This document shows, one piece after another, positions 49,701 to 61,700 of a stretch of 64,000 nucleotides of DNA (its first letter is position 1; every line of letters begins with the position of its first letter). Below the pieces are notes generated by a model, which did no database searches, was not told the DNA's origin, and saw only the letters and a list, made by a program, of their open reading frames with translations. A program made the translations under genes and the position numbers. Origin of the DNA: Phoronis australis (lineage: Eukaryota > Animalia > Phoronida). The stretch covers positions 761,855-825,854 of the forward strand of contig NMRA01000108.1 of the NCBI GenBank assembly GCA_002633005.1, given 5' to 3'.

Positions 49701-52700
49701 AAAGTTGCTCGTCTCGTGCTAGTGGGGTTGTATTGAATGTGCTGTTGCCTTCTATTTGTGTTTCATCATCCTGGAGAGGATTGTGTCACGTCCGCAGTAA
49801 AATGATGAAAATTGTTTGTGATTTTCATGATCGGGTTGTTTTCTGAAAATAACATACGCTGCGTGGCATAAACAAATTTTAAATTGGTTCCTTATTAGCC
49901 AATGTTGAAGTGACATGGTGTGTTTGAAGTTTTTGGCTGTTTTCGTGTTGTTTACTTACTAAAAATTTAGTGAACATGGTAACACTATAGACACAGATTT
50001 AGTTTAACAAGATTTAACATTAGCATTTGACATTGTAAATATGTGTTATAATTGCAGTGTCTGTAGAGTTGTGCCTTACTATACCATTTGTGTTCTTCTT
50101 CGCAGAAGTGACCTTTAACATTTACTGCCTAATTTTTCCCATCATAGTTTCAATGTTAAATCAAAGTGTAGCATTGTTGCAAATCTATACTGGCAAGTAT
50201 GCATGACTTTCGGCTACGTCACACTGTTGCGGTACTGCCCATGGTTGGCTATGGTGTCTCCTAGTTTATCATAGTTCTAAAACTGTAGCAAAACTGCAGT
50301 GCTTTGGTGAAGAATCATTCTACCATGGCACCTCTCAAGACTACAAACGAATACAGACACACTAAATTTTGATACTTGTCACGGTTATTTTCGAATGGTT
50401 AAAGTTCACCATGGTAACCTGTACCGTGGTAGTTATGTGATTATGTTGTGATTAGGGTGATGCTACAACTTCACAATGGTGATACTATGATATGCATAGT
50501 CCATGGTGGAACTTGTGAGCCACGGTAGTTTTAAACAGTTTAAAACTACTATAGCGAGCTACACAGTGCATTATGGTTTACAATGGATGGAGTACATATG
50601 CAACGGATTTCGCTATGGATCAACGTGGTTAGCCTAACTGCCAAACTCGTAGCTCAGCGTAGCTACAAATCATGACAGTGTGACCGTGGCTTTTGTGTTT
50701 AGTTGTAAGCTATCCTTACCCCCCCCCCAAAGTATAAATCCTGTTGTTTTGTCCTAACATTTAACTGAAGGAATTCAGTCTCTGCAGCTTTTACTATTCG
50801 TCATTGCTTTCGCTGTATATTTCCGTGCAGTATTACAAACGTGAATGGAAATACTTGACCCCTTAAGAGTGTCACTTTGGAGTTTCATCACTTCCAATTA
50901 CATGGGAATTTCAAGCTGTTGTTAAGGCAGCTATAAACTTGTCTGTCATAGAAATAGTGTTTCATGTAGACTATGTTCAGTTATATAATTGGTCTCAACG
51001 TCCTCAAGTAAGGACAATTCAAAGAACTAGGCTATCTATTAATGCTGGAGACCATTGAGACCAAGTTAATTAAGTTAGCTCATTAAAACGGGTCATTTTG
51101 TGTGCCCAGCATAGTCTAAAGCAATGATGAATCATCACTTTCCAATCCCAGAAACTTTTATGATCCAAGTGTGGGACAAGTTGAGACCAGTTCATTAGCG
51201 GTAAATTTTCTAAATCAAAATTTTTTTCCGGATAGTCTGTTTTTAGCAGCTTTTGCTCTCTATTATATTTTTGCCTTTTCTAGTGTTTTTCAACTTGAAG
51301 TTTTATTTAGTTATCGTGTTGTTGGTGTCGCTGTTAGTGTGTGACGTATAGTCTGCGCATGACATTACAGGGTGAGCGAAGAAGTGGTGTACAGTACGAA
51401 CTCATTCCTGCCACTTATTACTACTCTGCTCTGAACGACTCCGAATACGCCTTTGCCTTTAGTTTGACGCAGACAGATAAGGTAAGAAGGACACAGCTGG
51501 AGCAGATCCAGAAGGAGATCCAGAACCCCCTCCCCCCTCTAGTAACTTAGATGCTCATTCTGTTGGTGTATTATGTCCTACCCTTTGGTTAAGATCCTGG
51601 ATCTTTTCTTGAAACAATATATCCGTTTTTTGAGCCTATCTGCATTCTTGATATCATCACCAGTCTTGTGCCGTCGCTGCTCGCAGTACGGTCTACAACA
51701 CAAGCTCCTCAAAGTCCCTTTATAGTCACTTACCAGGGCCTTTATAGTCACTTACCAGTCCCTTTATAGTCACTTACCAGGACCTTATCGACGTGACGGT
51801 GTATTTAGTCAAATATCTGTAAAAAACTAGATTTTAACTCGGTAAAAGTTTATATGTTTTATGAATTTAAAGTAGAAAGCCTTTAGAATTTATTGTTGAC
51901 TTTGTTGCGCTGTTATTTGGATCACGTGACCATATCTTTTTAGTAAAATTCAGCAAAAAAGGAGAGGTTCATCCATAGCAAAATGTCGGTATCAGAAACA
52001 TGACCAAATTTCTTTTGATATAATGGTTCAAGATGAAATTTCAAGAATGCTGTTACAGTTTTCTAAATGGTCTTTTCATTTTCGTTTTATGCAACTTTTG
52101 AATTTTTTCATAAAAATCATAAAATTCCTGCTTTTTGATATCCCCTCATGTGAAAGTGGAAAGTTTTAAACATGAATTCCTAAGATTTTTTTGGAGAACA
52201 GTGCGTAAGACATGATGTGTGCATGTTTCACATAAATTTGATCAGCCATTTCTGAGTTTGCCAAATGTGACCATTTTTATGCGCCCACATATTTATATGT
52301 GGACGCATTATGCCGTCATCTCTGTCCGTCCGTCCGTCCGGCGTCCGGCGTCTGGCGTCCGGCGTCCGCTGCTCTATCTCCAAAACCCTTTGACATACGT
52401 TCATGAAATTTGGAACATATGTTCCATTCATGAATGGGACGGCATGTGCGAACTTTCGGACGGATCCGACTACCGGTGTGCCCCCTAGTGGCAATTTTAG
52501 TTTTTTACGCTTACNNNNNNNNNNNNNNNNNNNNNNNNNNNNNNNNNNNNNNNNNNNNNNNNNNNNNNNNNNNNNNNNNNNNNNNNTGTTTCTCAGGCTG
52601 ATTGATCAAAGAATTTCCCTGGAACTACAAATTTGTGGGAATCTAGTTTGAAATTTAAAACCAGTTGCAAATCTCATTTCACTCGATGAGCTTCTGCAAA

Positions 52701-55700
52701 TTTCTTTGCATTATAATTTATGGTAAAGCAAATTGTCTTTCATTGCTGGAGAAATTGAAATATGGTGTGATAGGGGTTGATAACACCATTGTTGTCATGA
52801 ACATTGTCTGCTATAGGAGTTTCGCCGCTCTCAGGAACCATCAGCCGAGAAGCGCAAGGACATTGGCACCAGTTACTTTAACCTGGTCATTGAGTACAAC
52901 GCTACCAAGGCCAGGAAAGCGTTACCAGGGGTGTTTGAAGAGCAGGGTGTAGATGAGAACAACGAGAAATACCCCTGTCTGAGAGTGACAGGTGAGAAAT
53001 ATCCCTACTTATGGGTCACAGAAACACCCCTGTCTGAGTGCCCTAACTTAGTGTGATGGTGCCTCTAGGTTTGCAAGCATGGCAAAAACGTAGAATTAGT
53101 AGTTATGAATGGAGACAATATTTAACAATTTAGCCAGATATGTTATCTGCAATCAAATGGTATCATTTTCACCAGTTTCATCAACAACCGCATTGGTTTA
53201 TTGCAAAAGCGGATGTTGAAATAAGTTAATTCTTTGCTTTAACTCTTTCCTTGCATGCTGCGATGAGTTGATTCAGCATATGTGAAGTTCATTTTGCTTT
53301 TGCCTTGAATTTGTCATCATGTACTTCCATCATTTCTGTCCTCATCATTTTCCCATAAAGTTGCTTGAACTTTGAATTTATGAAGAGCTTTGCTACTCGT
53401 TTACATTCATTGCTTCAATTCATTGTAGTGTGAAAACATTGTAATATTTGGCCATGAGTGGATCAATGATTGGTCATTTGTCTTATGAATGCTTAGTTTT
53501 AATTGTGTTTTGACTTTACTTCCTATTTTCCTAATAGTCAGCGTTTTAACTTCCAAGAAAACAAAAATGGAAATGTAACTTGTCTATTAAAGGCTTTTCC
53601 TTTATTCTATTAGCCAGATTCAATGTGAATTGTTATCACAAAATATAACACAATAACTGGACAAGAATAGTACTAAAGACTTGCTCAAATTGAGTCCCTG
53701 TTCTGACATTGTTTCCTGTTCGAACTAGCAAATCCAAGACGAGCAATGTGCATTCTTGTAACACTAGCATTTTACTCTCTAGACTACTCCAGTATCTTCT
53801 TCGCCCCCAAGTGCCATTGTGACCCCAACGCCTACTTCTATGACGAAGATCTCGCTCAGAAGACCATAGACGCCCATCTGTGGATGAATGGCAACGAGAC
53901 GGACGTCGGATGTGACAAGGGAGGTCACTACGAGAAAGGGATAAGGTAACGCCACTGATTGAGGGAAGTGGATGTGACAAGGGAGGTCACTCTGAGAAAG
54001 GGATATGGTAACGCCACTGATCGAGGGAAGTGGATTTGACAAGGGAGGTCACTCCGAGAAAAAAATAAACTGGACAACATCAAAATTCGACAAGTTTCGC
54101 AACTTAAAGCCTATCTTCAGCTGTAACACATGTAAATTTGGTTCCTATAGTATTTTAAGAGCATCGCTCTGAGCCCACTAGTACCATGAATTGCCAAATG
54201 TAATGAACTGTTAGGCGTTTTAGCTTGCTTTTGTCTATGTCACCGCGAGAATCACCTTTTAATTCAAAAACCTGTGAATAACACCTGCACGCATTTGTGT
54301 TCTATTCAGACACCTATTCAATACAACCTTTTGTTGTTTGTGCTGGGATCTCGTGGTGACGCAACATGGCACAAAAAAGGCAGCTTCACTTTTCATTTAA
54401 CGGGCTTACTCTTGTGTGATTGAACTCGCGTTTTCTTATTTTACTGAGGCTTTGCTAGGACTATCTGGTTAGCCTAATACATCTAAAATAACAAAATTCG
54501 GTTGAAGTTAGGTTTTAATGTCCACTGATTTTTGTCTAGAATCCATTTCAATTCTGGCTGAATCTTAACAGAATCTCGACTGGCATTGCTTCATCCGCGT
54601 TGTCAAAATCGAAACAGATTATGGCGCAAATCCACTACATAAATAAACAGCAGCTAGATACTACAACGTCAAATTTAACTCCGCAAAAGTTCAGCATTAG
54701 GCAAATCTTTTGCTAAAAAAAATTTGCACAGAAGTGGACGAGAAAGTGTGCACTGCTTACCCCCATAGTATGCAGCGAAGTCCTTGGACCATCAAAGAGT
54801 AGATGGCGCCGTTACGGATTGAAGGGAGCTACTTGTTAGTCATGGGCCGTTGGCTGAACGTGCTGCACGAGATAAATGTGGTCATAAACCAACACGCATG
54901 TTAAAGGTGAAGGCAACCTTTTTCCATGTCATTTTGAGCTAAAATAAGGTTGGTTGGTTATCCTAGACATATTTTCCACTTAATTACAGCTTTTCGTAAT
55001 TTTATTAATTACTCGTCCGCTACTCAGGAAGTGACGTTTTAGGAGGCAAGCATTTCGCGCCAATTTCTTTTCATGTAGTCTGACTGTGAGAGCTGCCGAG
55101 TCAGTCATTGTTCTACCTCGGTTGTGTTAAGTTCCGTCGTCGTTTGCTTTCATTTACTAGTGAGTCAACATGCCACACTGTTGCTGCGTACCAGGATGTA
55201 CTAATTATCGGCTCACGCGCGCATTGGGAGTACCTTTGCATCGCTTTCCGGTGGATGGCACACTTCGCCGTACTTGGCTCGTTCGTGTGAGGAACGCAAC
55301 GTTACCCGTCCACGCAACGTACAAAGCAGTGGAGAATTACCGTGTGTGTGGCAAGCACTTTCTGCCGTCCGATTACGAAAGGATTTGTACGTTGAACTGA
55401 TGAAGGTCCCTGCGAAACAACGAAGAAGGATGCCATTCCATCTGTGTTGATTCTCGGCAGTGCCCCGTCACCACCCCCGAGAAGTGCGTTTTTGAAGCGA
55501 GAAGCCTCGCGAGCTGTGGCCAGTACAGTGACTGGAGCCAGTGGAGGCACTTCATCTACTGTCACCCGTGCCTCCGAACGTACCCCAGAGCGTGCAATTT
55601 CTGGAACCAGTAGTGATTCGCCCTGTGCTGTTTTCTCCAGCCCAGAGCCTCTAAGCAGCCCTGCAGCGATATTGAGTAGTGGGAGTGATTACAGGCCCAG

Positions 55701-58700
55701 TTCGACACCCAGTGAAGAGGACAGTTCGTCGTCCAGTGAACAGATCGGTGAGCCAAACTTTGATAAGTTTATTGTGGACTTGTCTAAAGTGTTGGAGCTA
55801 TTTAGAAGGTGCCAGGTGTGTGGCGAGGGAGTCACACGACACAATGTAAGCAGTTTGGGTGCTCAGGTCACCATCCAGTGGGAGTGTGTCACGGGACACT
55901 CTGGCAAGTGGGACAGTTGTTCCTCTGTCCGTGGTATGCCGGAGGTCCACTTAACCATGTCCAGTGGTGTGCTCTTCACTGGAAACACGTTTCAGTCGGT
56001 GAAGACAATGATGGACTTTGGAAAAGTCAAGTTTTTTTTCGAAAACAACATTCAACAACATTCAGAATTCCTATTTAATACCAGTTGTCAATGACGCATA
56101 CATGTCACAACATCTCGAGTTGGTGGCGGAATTCATGGAGAAGGAGAACTTGTCTGACTCACCAGGGCGGTCCGCCAAGTATACCACATACACTCTAATG
56201 GAGGAAGAGACCAAAAAGATAATTGATGTGGAACTCGGAACAGCACAAGCATTCAATTGAGGTAGGCATAACAACGCACACAGTGCATTTGCACCAAGAT
56301 GTGTCACCACGTCTGTCTTCAGTAGCCGCCTCGTTTCTCTCAACAGCTGCCTGTGCCTGTGTGTACTCTGCCTCGTTGTACTCGGGCTCAAACATGTACC
56401 CACCCACTGAATGTCCGTGAAAAAATTCCTCGTCACCACTGCTGTGAACAAGGTCTCCGTCACTCACACTACTGTCACTGTGATACGGGTCACCGACTCC
56501 AGCCATTTTCAGCTTACAACACACTAAACAATTCCTAAATCCAACGTAGTTGAGTTCTCTACTAACCTATCTTGCCGCAGAATACTCGCCGATGGAAAGT
56601 GGTGGCGACAATTGTTGAAAAACAGCACAAAACAAAAGTAGAATAGAACAGATTCGCACGGGAAAGTCAACGCAAAACCAAATGGCGGGAAACGCTTGCC
56701 TCCTAAAACGTCACTTCCGGAGTAGCGGACGAGTAATTTATAAAATTACGAAAAGCTGTAATTAAGTGGAAAATATGTCTAGGATAACCAACCAACCTTA
56801 TTTTAGCTCAAAATGACATGGAAAAAGGTTGCCTTCGCCTTTAAGCATACGAGTTTTAAAGTCAAAAACCAAACATTAAGTAAGGTAAAAGATCAACATG
56901 GCTGTTTTTGAAATTGAAAGGTAAATATTAGCCTTCTTTGAATTTTTAAAATCGAGGCATTTTAGGAGAAATTAGCAAATAGATTTTCTTCAATCTTACG
57001 GCTAAGCGACGAGCATTAATTGTGAATCGATTATAATGGTTTAGTCTGTCTGGCTTAGGCTTGCTCAGGCGTTGGGGGCAACAGAACGCCAAATGTAAGC
57101 GTAGGATTTGTCTCATGAACAGAACCCTTATTTCGTTGCAGCAAAAATGTTTCTAAACTGTCAAATAATTCTGACAAGATATTTAGCCAGGTTTGGTAGT
57201 CTAGTTTACTGTACACGCTTCATATGTTTGGACAAACTTCTGTTCCCTTGTAAGTTGGTACCAAAACATGGCATTCCAGCTATTCTGATCGTGGTGTCAT
57301 AACGGGTATTTCCACTTGCACACATTCATCACGATAAAGAATTCCGAGGCATTTAATGGTTGGTTGTTTTTGGCATTTGCTGTTTCAGCTGAACTTACAT
57401 TGCCTGACAGTTTTGGTGCATTCAAGAATATTTGGTAAAGGTGTACTGTTTGTGTGAATTAGTTCAGACCGAGACACCAAGAAAGGAAAACAAAGAAATG
57501 TTATAGTTGGGCCCTAAAAAACAAAGACATCTTATAGTTAGGGCCTAAAAATAAAGTGGGTTCTTGTCTTTACCCTGGCTCATTTTGAGACCTGAGCTCA
57601 ACAGATAAAAAATAACAACCTCCACCCGTATCAATTTCAATCAAGATTTTGTTATTTTTTGAAGTTTCACAATGAAATGTAGACTGGGGTAAGCAAGATT
57701 TGGAATGCCATGATTTGCCAGGCGATGAGTAAAAAACAAACCCCTGTATCACTTTCGCTCGTCTTTTTAAGTGGATTTTCTTATTTGAAAATGTGAGCAA
57801 CTAAAAATACCCACCACTGTCTCGATTTTCAAAAAATAGAAACCATAAAAAATTGGGTTTTTTTGGCCTAACCTAAAAAGTTATCTGAGTGTTTGATGAC
57901 CATATTTTGATGACTTCGGAAAGAATAGCGTGATTATAGTCACGATCACATCCGACTTCCACTCTCTTGTTTTACTTACTTCTTTTTCTGCTCCTCAGAG
58001 CTGACGTACTGATCACTCAGAAGATTGAGAAGATATGGCAAGAGCGGTCTTTTGACTCCATTGACCAGGTGAAGTGGACATACGTTGGCATACGCAGCGG
58101 TGTCTTCAGGACCTATCCAGGTCATAGGTCAAAGAGGCAGTACGACCCCTCCAAGTAAGCTTGGTCTTGAGCCTCAGATCCAGCATTTTGTTCGACGAGA
58201 GATAAACTGTTGGTGCTGGAGATTCCTCAATTAAAACATTGTAAAAGGGATTGAATAGAGGACCAGCGTTTCTTTTCTATGTAAAATGTTATAATTTATG
58301 TGTTTGTGTGATGTTGGTCTATTTGTATGTAAACTGTATGCCACTGTAGTTTAATATCTTCTTGTCAAATTATCGCATTTTTTATTTATTTTGATTGATT
58401 TTTCTTAGTTCATTCATGATTTTCAACATGACAAATCTGGATGAATTGCAATGAAATTTGTAATTTTTTAAAAACTTCAAAGTTTAAGCGTCCATAAATT
58501 AGTTGAGTGTATAACATGTTGTTTAGGGCACACCATTGTCTTTGTAAATGTGTTTTCTTTGAGAAGCTATTTTCACATACTGAACACTGAAAAGAACTTG
58601 ACATATGTGAGTGAGAGAAACAATATTCCTGCCAGATTTTATTTTTGTTTTGATATTTCTTGTTCTTCTAATCCACACTGTTATCAAACAGGCCTTCCTG

Positions 58701-61700
58701 GCCTTGGTAGCATTGCACTCAATAATTAGTAAAAACTTTTGTCTAATTGTGTTATACATAGTACAGTTTGATCAAGATTATAAAGTGAATTGGAAACTAC
58801 ACTAGAGGTTGTAAGTGTAATATATCCATCTTGTGTGGTTTTCTTACCTTCTTTACTTCATATTGATTTCATTGTCACTATGAAATGGAAGATATTAACT
58901 AGTTTGTTGTCTCATTAATGAAATCTAATGGTATGCCTCGATAAGTTGATAACATTCAAGCATGCAAAAATTATGTTTTTTAAGTTCGACATTCAGGTTA
59001 GAGCTAATTGTCTTCCTACCTTAGGCGACCTTGGTTCAACCGTGCCAAGTCTACGCCCGACAAGACTTCCATCTCGACACCGTACATGGATGCCGCCGGT
59101 GTTGGCAAGATTGTCACCATCTCGCAAGCGGTGCTGGAGGGGATGACGTCAAGAACCAGGGAGCAGTGTCTGGAGATCTCTACTACGGGACCGTGGCCAG
59201 GGGGCTGTGTCTGTGAGACTAATGCCGACTGTGTCATAGGTGTGTAGTTCATCTGATACGTGCTAGGAAACTTGTGGTTGCGGTCACGTTGCAAAAGAAT
59301 TTCTTCGTAATTAGATTTTTGATTAGCACATTACAATATGTTTCAAAGCATAATTTCGTGAATATGAATTGAATTAAGTTGTTGGACACAACTGTAGCGA
59401 TGTGCTTTAAGAAGTACTTACTTGGGAGGGCTGATGGCTACCATATAAATTAATGAATAATGTTCAATAGGTAGTCCTTATAAAAATCGGCAAATAAAAT
59501 GTTTCCTCAAGACAACCAATAAGTTATCTGTAAATCATAGCGATCAATCACGTCACATAAATTTGACATTTTAATTGAACGATGCCTCACAATTTGATAA
59601 CTGTTGAGTAGAGTCTTAAATAGTGCCTAGTTGTCTACGTGCTAGTGTTTGGTAGCGTTCATGGTTGGGCTCAGGACCACCTCACATTACTCAGGACAAC
59701 ACGTTACTTCACGTTACTCAAGACCACCACACGTTACTCAGGACCACCACACGTTACTCAGGACCACCACANATATGAAAGTTCTTGAATTAAATTGTTG
59801 GTGACAACTGTAGCGATGTGCTCCAAGAAGTACTTACTTGCTGATTGCTACCATATAAATTAATGAATAATGTTTAATAGGTATTCCTGATAAAAATTGG
59901 GAAATAAAGTGTTTCCTCAAGGCAACCAATAAGTTATGTGTAAATCATAGCAATCAATCACGTCACATGAATTTGAAAATTTAATTGAACAATGCCTCAC
60001 AATTTGATAACTGTTTAGTAGACTCTTAAATAGTGCCTAGTTTTCTACAAGCTAGTGTTTGGTAGCTTTCATGGTTGGGCTGAGGACCACCTCACATTAC
60101 TCAGGAACACCACACGTTACTCAGGAACACCACACGTTACTCAGGAACACCACTTATTCAGGAACACCACACGTTACTCAGGAACACCACACGTTACTCA
60201 GGACCACCTCACATTACTCAGGAACACCACACGTTACTCAGGAACACCACATGTTACTCTTGGGACCACCTCACCTCACTCATTGCGCAGCTCAAAACTT
60301 GGTGGGAACTTATAGGATTAATCATAATTTAGCGTTGCATACATTTGGTCAATTTTCAAGCCGAATTGTGAGTGAAGTTTGATGGTCAATGGTTCAGTTC
60401 AGACAAGCCACATTGATTAGCATGTAGGTGTTCTAAGTATGTGATCCTCTACCTGTGTTGCAGGTGTGTGCTATCGCAGTGATGCCAAGGGTCCTAACAG
60501 TAAGGAGTACCGTTGTGGTACCGAGCGCGTGGAGGCAGTGACTAGCCTGGATATTCTGTATAATGACTTCCACACCAAGCTGATGGACACCATGTTGAGC
60601 AGTGATAAGAATGGGACATGGTCGTGTGGTCGCAAGTATCTCTGTCCAGACAAGGAGCCAGGCTGTCAGACTAGGTGAGGGGTTAAAGGGGATGGGTGGG
60701 GGGCAGTCGGAGAATTATGTACAATGAGTCTCCGTGCCAAGCTGATGGAGATCATGTTGAGAAGTGATGTGAATGAGACTTGGTAGTGCAGAGGGGCAAG
60801 TATCACTGTCCAGACTAGCCAGGATGTCTGACGAGGTGAGGTAGTGCAGAGGGGCAAGTATCACTGTCCAGACTAGCCAGGATGTCTGACGAGGTGAGGT
60901 AGTGCAGAGGGGCAAGTATCACTGTCCAGACTAGCCAGGATGTCTGACGAGGTGAGGTAGTGCAGCGGGGCAAGTATCACTGTCCAGACTAGCCAGGATG
61001 TCTGACGAGGTGACGGGAGGGAGATTGGGGGAGGGGGTAATTTGAAAGAGCAAGTTTCTTGCAAGAAAAGTGAGATGGTGCGAGTCATCACTAGATGTCG
61101 CTAGCTTCACTCAATGCCCGTGACTGTCATACCAGATGACAGACTGACATAAAACCACTGCAGCTTATTGACAGGGGATTTAAGTTTCCTCCTTGATCAC
61201 AGAATTGCTGTAAATGTACAGACGTGTCTCTGACTGTTGTGGTAAGAGCACTTGTTTGGACAGCATTGGTCTTTTATATCTGTTCAGTAGTGTTACTGTA
61301 ATTTGTATTCAGTCACTGAAGCATCTTTATGTTTTTGATATGTACACTTGGTGATCATGGTATCTCTCCATGTTTGACAGCTGTTACGTATTTGACAACA
61401 CTGCCAAACTGATCATCGCTCCCGACTTCCTATTGGCTGATAACCTGGACACGAGTAAATATGCTGGAGTCACACTGGGAGTCAAGGAGGCAGAAGTGAT
61501 GAAAGATCTCATCTTCAAACACAAGTTTTTCAAGCGTCAGGAGAACATCGACTTCCAGGGACAATGCAGCATATCCCCCAATGCACCGAGGGTTAGTATA
61601 TAGGACTAGACTTTGATGTCACCGATGACCGTCTAAACCGTGTTCTGGGGTCAGTTTTGTGAAATGTGACTTACGACTTAAAACAGAAATTCTGTCTTGC

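Larger units (their letters stand above)
54905..56840 (+). mobile_element. Kolobok-type DNA transposon, internally deleted, both ends present
   Basis: TTAA TSD at 54901-54904 and 56841-56844; ~155-bp TIRs starting AGG; convergent THAP-transposase and Cys-rich ORFs. Confidence 0.9.

Noticed and set aside
60055-60382. Repetitive YSGTPHVTQ ORFs
   Set aside because: Minisatellite translations within an intron
59670-61013. CRISPR-like arrays
   Set aside because: Head-to-tail repeats with no unique spacers, in eukaryotic introns, with no cas genes
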